DNA of 64,000 bases, taken from Adineta vaga (taxonomy: Eukaryota; Animalia; Rotifera). The notes under the pieces were generated by a model, which was not told the DNA's origin, did not search any database, and worked only from the letters and a program-made list of their open reading frames with translations. The stretch lies in contig CP075495.1 of the NCBI GenBank assembly GCA_021613535.1, forward strand, positions 12,090,001 through 12,154,000, written 5' to 3'. A program made the position numbers and the translations under genes. This document shows positions 54,740 through 64,000 of this stretch, in pieces. Numbering within the stretch: position 1 is the stretch's first letter; each line of letters opens with the position of its first letter.

Positions 54740-56877
54740 TTATGAAATAAATATTCTTACGGATTTCATCGGATATTTGTCTTCGTTTTCTTTCGAATAA
54801 GATTGATTTGTATTCATAGCTTCTGTATTGAGAAAACGAAAAGATAAGAGGTAACGAAATGATATAAAGACGTACTATAATCAGCAGAAGAAGGTCTTCT
54901 AATGAATGATAAACTGTTGTTATATGTAACAGATGGACTAACCTAAAATAGCAAATTTATTTGTCCTTTTTTGTTGTATATTCGAAAGAGAATAACAAGA
55001 TTAAGTAACCTTTCGCATGGAGTGCATAAAATTAGAGATAGTTTATAGAAATATGAGATATGTTTATAGTGAATAACTTTATCAAAAGTGTCAAACATAT
55101 CTGTAAGCGTAAATAAAAACAACGAAAGAATGTTTCATTTCTATCCAGATCGATCGCTATTTCAAGAAATATTTTATTGTATCCAAGTGACCTAATTTCT
55201 TCCTATTCAATTAATATCTGGAGAAGAATGTAATTTGATATTCATTCATCAGAAAAGCGACTGTTTGAATTAGATAATCGACATTAGAAACAAAATCTTT
55301 TCATAAACAACTTACAGAATTGTGTTTATTTGTATCTGTTGATAGATTATGAACTGATTGATATTCTTCACTCGAATCATTTCGTAATGCCGAATGAGAT
55401 CTAATAGAAACATATGAACAAAAATCGTCGATCTCTATTTATTTTGTCATTTACTTATCTTTCGTTGATTTTATAAATGAAATATTATTTCCGAGAATAT
55501 CTTCATTTTTATTCAATTCTTGTTGTTTAACTTCATTCCTTCGTGAATTTGTTATTGGCGTTTTTTCGATATTTTCACAACGTTTCACTGCAAATTGTTT
55601 ATTCGGATCACCGAAACGATAAGCAGCCATTTTAATAGCTGGATAGAGCCATGTAAGTACTACACGACATTGTAGAAATATATCGTTCATAAATGTTTGT
55701 AAGATAATTGCGTCTTTAAAACGAACCTATGAGAAGAAAACAAAACGCTCAACTCAACGAAAAGAATTCCTATTGTTTTACTTGATTATCTAATTCACAT
55801 AAAATCAATTGAAAATTAGTAACTAAAAGATCAAGTGATAGAAATAATTGATCATTGGGTAAAAGAAGATCATGGCCACTGAAATGAATAGTAGAAGAAG
55901 AGAAATACATGAAGGTATTTTTTGTCAAGAAACTAACAGATCTTGATGGATTTTTTTTAGATCTCTCAATCGTTCGATATTACATTTGAATATATTTAAT
56001 GAACGATGTGTATCAGGAATATTGAACATATTGGATTGTGGATAATGAATACGTGCTGAACGTATATCTAGAAATGTACTTTGTGTACGTTTACATAATT
56101 TTTTCATTCTTAAAACAAATTCTTCAAATTCACGATCTAAACTATAATAGAATGCACAAACACGTGGAACACAAAATCGATCAAAACGTGTTAATGTTGT
56201 TGTTTGTACACGTTTTAATGATGAAGTTTGAAAAGCATTGATAGAAAAGTATGTTAATTCCGATGTATATTCAATAAAACTATGAACTAATTGTGCAAGT
56301 AATAAACGAACAGTTTTAGGAGCTGATTTTTTCTGAGATTTTTCTTCAAATTCAAACATAAGTAGTAAAAAAGTTGTGAAATCAGATAGAAATTAAGCGC
56401 ATTTATTGTTTCATTTCAGAGTACCTCTTCGTTTGACAATTTGACTAATTTGACTTTCTTCGTCTTTGATAAATGAAGAGAGAAGTGTTTCTTGAGATTT
56501 TTCTATTTTCTGATTAGTCACGATTTTCGATTGAATTGAAAAAGAAACATGATTGTGCTTGTTTGGCTCAACGAAACGAATGAAATTGTCCTATCATTCG
56601 AGATTCAATTGTATGAAAAGAAAAATAGTTGTTTTAACAACGAGAAAAAATTGTAATTCAATTAATTCTTCTACGAAGATAAAAATAGATTTGATTAGAA
56701 AAACAAAACTAATCGAACAATTCGATGTTTATTTATCAAAATGGATTTTGTTGGTGTTTCTTTCGACATACAAAAGACAAAGAAAACATTATTTGCCTTA
56801 TTTTCTTTTTTAGTTACCATATGGATAAAAATCATTTTTCTCATTAGATCATAATGTGTTATTTTCACTCTAGGCAA
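54740..56877 (-). CDS. Hypothetical multi-exon protein, unrecognised family (5' end uncertain)
   Basis: A series of open minus-strand exons bounded by GT/AG (e.g. 56590-56425, about 56385-55935, 55727-55457, 54945-54877, 54822-54740) with protein-like composition; no recognised motif. Confidence 0.5.
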
Positions 56878-57122
56878 ATTTGATGTTAATCGGTAGTTTT
56901 TTCCTTCTCTCTTTTCTGTTTAATAGTCAACAGAAATCGTTCGTTTGCTTTCAAAACATCGCCTATCAATAGACATTAAAATGTTACAATAAGAGCGAAC
57001 GAAGAAGAGAAAAAGAAACACACATCCATTCATACACATAAACACTTCGTTTCTTCAGTTATCACGTACATTACCCTCATCGAAACGATTGATTGCACTG
57101 TACAGCTATATTCTTTTCTACA

Positions 57123-58095
57123 ATGAAATGTCGATTTCTACTTTTGTTATTCATTTTCAAATTTTCGTCATCAATTCCATTAATATTTATTGATTTATCA
57201 CATACAATTAATCCTTCGATTCCATTCTTTCCATCTCAAGTACGTTTTAATTTTACACAACGTATAGCTCAATGGACAAATGAAGAAAATAAATTTTTCT
57301 ATTCAACAAATGCATTTATTACAAGTGAACATATGGGTACACATATCGATGCTCCTTATCATTTTTCGCCAAACGGTTGGAAAGTCGATGAAATTCCACT
57401 TTCACATTTAATATCTGTACATGCTCGTATTATTGATGTTTCAAAACGATGTAATCAAAATAGAAACTATTTAATAACAATTGATGATGTGAAAAAAAGT
57501 GATTTATCTGTACCAGAAATAGATGAAGATACACGAGGGAATTTTTTATTTGTTTTGATTTTCTATACCGGATGGACAAAATATTGGCCTGATCAAACAA
57601 CATATGCTGGTGGAGAATCAGATGTGCAATTTCCTGGTTTAAGTGAAGAATTAGCTATCTATCTGGTGAATACATATGGAGAGAATCTTGTAGGAATTGG
57701 TATTGATACGCTTTCAAGTAAGAAAAAAAAACATCTTTCAAATCACACCCACACCCTTCTCACATACATCTATTTATCTAGCTGATTATGGTCAATCAAA
57801 AATATATTCGGTTCATCAAATTCTAGCACGACATAATAAATATGGACTAGAAAATCTTGCATTAAATGAAAATTTAATAAACAATGTGAAGAAAGAATTT
57901 TTTACATTAGATGTTTATCCAATGAAAATTGGTAATGGTACAGGAGCACCTTGCCGTATTATTGCACGTTTAGATAATTCGAAACGAAATACAAATTGGT
58001 TTGGTCTATTAATTTTTTTTATATTAATCTTTCTTGTTGGTTTTGTTGTTAAAATAATCTATGATTTGAAGTGTACTCCAAATAAAGAATACTAA
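57123..58095 (+). CDS. Cyclase-family metal hydrolase (kynurenine formamidase KynB / isatin hydrolase-like) with signal peptide and C-terminal TM
   Basis: IDLSHTI, EHMGTHIDAPYHF (HxGTHxDxPxH), FYTGW, FPGLS, GIGIDTLSTDYG, VHQIL, GLENL, PMKIGNGTGAPCRIIA. One intron, 57718-57781. Confidence 0.92.
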
Positions 58096-58351
58096 AAATT
58101 GAGGAAAAATATCTTCAGGGAAATTTACTTAATATCATATTTTATTTATTTTATTATCAAACAAATTTCTACAATTGAATGCATGTAGTAACACATTCTT
58201 ATTGTAGAAAGTAATCATAGAGAAAGAGATTAATTATAGAAATAGTTTCTTATTATCATTTCAAGAATATCACTGAGAAGAAAAAGCGAATACATACGAT
58301 GTACTAACGAAGAAGAAAAACAAAAACAAGTCAATGAATAGAGAAAGATTT

Positions 58352-59728
58352 TTAAACACAAGCCGTATCAACCAAGGGTACAGATGATTTTTTCTTCTTT
58401 AAATATTTCATTTTCGTTCGTCGTAAGGATGGAGTTGTACATGTTTGTTCATCAGCAACATCTTCACCATTTCGTATAATTGTTGAATGTGTTGTTGTTG
58501 TTGTTAATGTGGAATTTAATCGATGATGTGAATATTTTTTATAATCATCAATTTTATAACAATGCCAACAATTAAATAAAACTCTCATGCATTCATGTCT
58601 TAATTGATTATTCATAATACCATAAACTAATGGTGATGCACAAATTGAAATACAATATAGTAATGTTAATAGAACATAGATATCTGGATGTAATTGACTA
58701 CGTTTATCAAATGCACGAACGAAACCATATGGATGATATCCAAGAAAAAACAATGTAAATAATATTGCAAACATTTTTGTAATACGTATTTCACGTCTTA
58801 ATGAATGAGATGTTGAGACTGTATTTGTATTTGTTCGAACGGTTGTATGTGTTGCATGTAAAACATGAACGAAGATTCCAATAAAAGAAAAAATAATAAT
58901 GACATTAGGTAATAAAATCAGAATGGTTATATTGATATAAATTTGAATTTTATTACGTGATGAACAACGTAATGCACGTTGAGAATAGGCAATAGATTTG
59001 GTTAGAAATGATGGTATACAACAAAGTATTGGTAAAATTCGAGTAATGACAAGTGAGACGATAATATAAGTTTTCACTGACATTCGACGTAGAAGATTTG
59101 GATAAACAACAACCATTAATCGATGAATAGCAATTAGACAATGATGCCATAGAAGACAACCCATACAAATTGTTGAAAAATATACAACTAATGTGCATAT
59201 CAAAGGACCTCCAACCCAATTTCGATTGGCATATGAAAGTCCAACAAAAAATTGATTGAAACCAATATTCAGTAGATCATTAAATTGTAACTGATAAGAA
59301 AAAGCAAAAGGTAAATTATTCTGAATCTAATTTCAAAAATTGGATAAAGAAATAAATAACATCCGGAAAGAGGAAGAAATAAATCCGGAAGTTGAAAAGT
59401 TATTTTTAGAATTATCATTTCGTTCTTATTCAATTGAAAAGAAGAAGAAGAAAAAAGATCTTACCGAAACAATAAATATATTAATAATATTTGATCGAAG
59501 TTTTTTCACAGAAAGTATTGTTATAATAAGAATAAGATTTCCAATTAAACCAAAGAAAATAAATACAATGGCAAGTATGGCACCAACAAATGTTGCTTGT
59601 CGCGTCGGAATCGAATGAGTCAAATGCTCATGGGTCAGATTAACTTTTGTCGACCAATTACTTGAGGATATTAATATTGCTTCATTCATGATAACTAAAC
59701 AAAAGAATATCAAATTAGACGAATTCAT
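58352..59728 (-). CDS. Class A GPCR, Moody/Tre1/melatonin-receptor-like
   Basis: GLIGNLILI (TM1), KLRSNIINIFIVSLQFND (TM2), W...C in ECL1/TM3, IAIHRL (DRY variant), RREIRITKMF (ICL3/TM6), SPLVYGIMN (NPxxY variant). One coding intron, about 59292-59464. Confidence 0.85.
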
Positions 59729-62700
59729 CTGAAGAATTTCTTCGAAAATAATTTAACAATACATAAAGAAGTAGTATAGATAGCTATAATCAAGTTAACG
59801 CGTCGATCTTCATATGGAAGTATTTATCGGCAAACACAAGAGCGTACACGAGAAGTAAAGAGAGAAAGATTTTCTTCATCACGGCACATTCTTTATTTCC
59901 CTCGAGTCATCTTCTCTCTTTTTTTCTCTTTTCTCTCTTTTACCAGTTTTATTCATGTCTATTGGTTTAAGTTCTAAGAAAAACTATACAACGAATCTTC
60001 TTCTTCTTCTTCTTCTTTTTTCATATAAAACATCTTGCGTTCGTGTAGGCGGAACGATATATACTGTGATGAAATCATCGTTCGAAATGAATAGATAGAA
60101 AATCATACAAATTAAGAACGATCGACAATATTTTTTAGTGGAAGAAATCTATAAGGCAAAAGAAGTTTATGTCAACATTACATTTCCGAAAACATTCAAT
60201 AAACACATCAATATCTCGAATTAGTATTGTGCACGCTTCTTTTCTTTTTCATATTTACTTATCGATAGTTGTTCTACTTGAATATTCTTCGTAATCCAAT
60301 GTAAATTAGAGATAAAACAATTTTCTTTCTTTTCATTCGAAATGAAAATATATGTCAAAATGAATGATTGATTACCTACTTTTGTTTTCTTGTGGAAAGG
60401 AAAACTTCACCTATATTACAGATGTCGACTTGTAATTATTATTTTTTCTAGTTATATCAGATGCAGTAGGCTTAAAATTTTTTTTATAGAGTATATCATG
60501 AGAACTAAAAAGACAAAACTAGATTATTAAGCGAAAAAACTTGCCAATAATGACATGTATTTGTAAAATATAATGAAAATGACAATTAAATACCTTAGAG
60601 AGAAGTGTTTCTCAATGAATAGATGTCTATCGATCAATCCTATCTTATTTAATTTAATTTTAAATAGATCAAAAGATATAAAACAATAACTAACAAAATC
60701 CTTTTTGTCCTAATGAATGATTTAATCATGTCATACTTCAAAATAGAATAATCAATACATACATATCGATCTTTGAAGAAATAAAAAGAATATTTCAGTA
60801 TTCAAAACGAGTTCAATCTCTTTGTTGATTAGCGAAGAAGACGAAGCGAGTATTGAGAATGTTTTTTTTTCTCTCTAGTTCGTTATTGTTTCTTTTTTTT
60901 TATGACATATTCTCTATCGCTTCTCATCTTTTTTTCTCTTCTCTAGTTTGACTCTTTTTTCATACAAGAGTCCGATAGATTGTAAATGAAGGGTAAAGAA
61001 TCTACTGATTTTTTTTTTCATACTCACATTTTTCTCTTCTCTCTAGGAAAATCAAAATCGGAATGCCTACTCTATTACATGAGAACGAATGCTAACCTTT
61101 TTCTTTTTCTACCGTCTCGAGTTCTCGTCAATCCGTTTGTTTAATATTTTCTCTAACGAACCTAATTAAAAAAAAAGAAAAGTCTTAAGCATCAATTTAA
61201 AAAGAAGAACATGACATCTAATTCTTCAGAATAAACTTTTTTAATACTGAAATTTTCTCTTTTGAAAAAAAGAGTTATCATTTTAGTAAAGTTCACACCT
61301 ACTCAGACAATTGTTTTCTTTTCCTATTATTATTAATATGATATTTTTATTATTGCCATGCCGTACTCACTTTCTATTCGACATGAAATAAGAATGTCAA
61401 TGACAATATCTACATATATATAAATATTATTATAGACCTATCGCTTTTCTTGTTTCTATATTTTTTGCTAGTCGTGCCATTATTATGATTGTTATTATAT
61501 CCTTGTAACGAATAAATAATGAACAAGTCATCGAATGATCGTCAGAAGAAAAGATGAATACAGTTTTCTGCATGAATGAATAATGTACTTATCTTTCTTT
61601 GAAATCGTAATTTTCCATATAGAAACAAAACAAAATAGATAAGAAAATAAAGAAATACAATTTCTCATTTTTAAATTGTTTATAGATTTACAAAAGCTGA
61701 AAACTAATAAAAGAAATTCTATTGTTTAAATGAGATTTTGTCGATGAAGCATAAAAGGAAAATCATTTTTAAAATCTAAGATTATGAAAGACAAAAAACA
61801 TTTGAATTATATATACGCAAATACAAATCGACTTAAATGATAATAAATCTTCTCGATCGATAGTTGACTTTCTTTATTGAATTATCAGTTAATAATGCTC
61901 TTAAATATTAAAGACATTATTGAATGAATATTTTTACAAGTCAAACGATGTGTCGTCCATTTTTCATTTCACTTAAGCTAATTGTCAACTTTCGAGTTTA
62001 GAAAAGAAAAATCATCATGTTATTGAAAAACACTTCGATTAATTGAATAGATAGTATAGAGAATTACGAATATTATCTTTAAAGATGATTTCTATAAATT
62101 TGATGATCTTCAACTACGGATTTTAAATGTTATTTACTACCTGTTGATCTGGAAAAAGGAGTTTTGTTTCGTATGAATCAATGACGAAGTACGAGAACTA
62201 AAAACAAACGGATGTACGATAGCAAAATAATCAGTAAATGTCTTAGATCGGACGAAGACAACGAGGTACTTAGCTCTATTACATTGCGAAGAACTAGAAA
62301 GAGAAGAAAAATGAAGAGAATATTCTTCATGATAAAGACTAAAAAGAAGCAGAAATGATCACAATATGTCAGTCCTCTAAATAGTTACAATTACTAAAAA
62401 GAAAAGATCAACCAGTATTCCATTTTATCACGAGGTGCATATCAATCTTTCTTGTCTCTTGATCGATATATATATATTATCGCTTTAGGACATAGATTTA
62501 AATAATGATCAAATTACATTTTTTTTACTCTATAATTTTCATTCGTATGCTTAACTCCAATATAAACAATTATAAATATGATCAAATCATCCATATAATC
62601 ATTTCGAATTAATTAAATTGAAATCTGAATAACAAAGAATGACTTTTCTTATTCTCATAATAAAATCTATATCAAAAGAACTATGATCGGTTCAAATTAC

Positions 62701-64000
62701 AAAATCTAATTTAAAGTATACTATATCATTAATTAATAAACAATTGAAACATTTTTTCGTACATTCTAATTACGCAGTTATCTATGCTCTGATAGAATTA
62801 CAACTTATTGTGAATCAGTTTGCGTTTTTTGTTCTTCTTATTATTAACATACTCAAACAAAAAAAAGTTTCATATAATTGTTTCTATTTTCATTCCTCGA
62901 CGTTTTTGTTAAGAATCACTTGCCTAATGAAAGAATCTGATTTCCGTTCCGATAAAATTGGAAAGAAAAAACGCATCAAGTTCATAGATTATGACTATAC
63001 TATTGATGTTGATAAAGTTATGTTTTTTTTCATATAAAAGATCAGAATTATTATTTGTATATATATATATATAAATAGAAGAATAATGAATTAGTTGAAA
63101 TCTTGATGACAACAACGTTCTTATCTGATTATCATTGATAGAAAGAGAAGTTTTATACATATCTATCAAGAAAAACATATCTCATTTTGATAAGATAGAG
63201 AAGATTGATTTTAGCTGTTAAAAAATGCATATAAGTGTAGATATGTGTCTTGTTGGAAGTGATGAGAGAAAATTTTGTGAAATATACTTCGATTAGATTC
63301 TATCCAATTGATAATATACACAATATCTCTTGAGAAAACTTCTTTTCGTCTTTATATGTATATAGTGATTGCTTAGAAACGTCTAACTACCTTGGAGAAT
63401 TATTTATTTTATTGATATCTCAAATGTCACATATAAGAATACTGAGAATTGTATCATCATATTAAGATAGTGTCGTGAAGATTGACTATGATAATGATAT
63501 AATGTCGTTTTTTTTGTCTATTAATCTGAAAATTTTATTAAATTATATATTTAATCAAGTTCGATATTTATTTATCTTCAGATGGAATCTTTGACATAGA
63601 CATATTGTTTATACAAGTAATAACAAGATTTTACTCTATTGGAGAAGATAGTTTGGATTGCATTAATATATATATATATATATGTGGAGAATCTATTAGA
63701 CAAGACTTTGTTGTTGGATTAATCCAGATGTTTAGAATCAAAAACAAAGATTGATAAGAGATGTTTTTCTTTTGATAACATTTACCATAACTACGGGTAC
63801 ATGTATACTCTAAAAGCCAATGTAGTCTATGTATTTATTACAATTGTCTGTATAGAAAACTTTTCGAAACATTCAAATTAAGAAGTGTACACACTTGTAA
63901 GATCCTGATTTTTTAACATGTGAAAATTGCTGTCTTTTATAATTAAGTTAACATATACCGTAAGCAATCTGGTATTGTCATAACATCCAGAAAAGTATCC

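Noticed and set aside
1-64000. rRNA, tRNA, snRNA/SL RNA, CRISPR arrays or intact transposons
   Set aside because: No recognisable signatures by eye; tRNAscan-SE, Infernal and RepeatMasker would be needed to exclude them formally.

Overview
AT-rich, gene-dense eukaryotic (animal) DNA with many short (about 50-70 nt) GT-AG introns. The style suggests a bdelloid rotifer (inference only). I can reconstruct about 18 spliced protein-coding genes: the 3' part of a CDC14 phosphatase, a Piccolo/RIM-like active-zone scaffold, a RalGDS/RGL-like GEF, a plant/protist-type sterol delta7-reductase, MCU, MED1, syntaxin-7/12, WDFY2, beta-PIX/ARHGEF7, a kinesin-2-like motor with an odd tail, two paralogous small secreted Cys-rich peptides, NAD kinase, two 7TM receptors, a sigma-class GST, a membrane-anchored cyclase-family (KynB-like) hydrolase and two unknown genes. 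I found no rRNA, tRNA, CRISPR or intact transposon. Most notable: (1) an in-frame, symmetric exon encoding two C2H2 zinc fingers in the CDC14 tail; (2) a family of secreted peptides built on an 8-Cys VNCxxDPC...NYCGGC module with a conserved intron; (3) a DWF5-type rather than animal-type DHCR7, an HGT candidate; (4) a +1 frame break inside the conserved MED1 N-terminal domain; (5) alternative first exons in RalGDS and beta-PIX. Exon boundaries were read by hand, and family calls rest on motif recognition from memory, not database searches.
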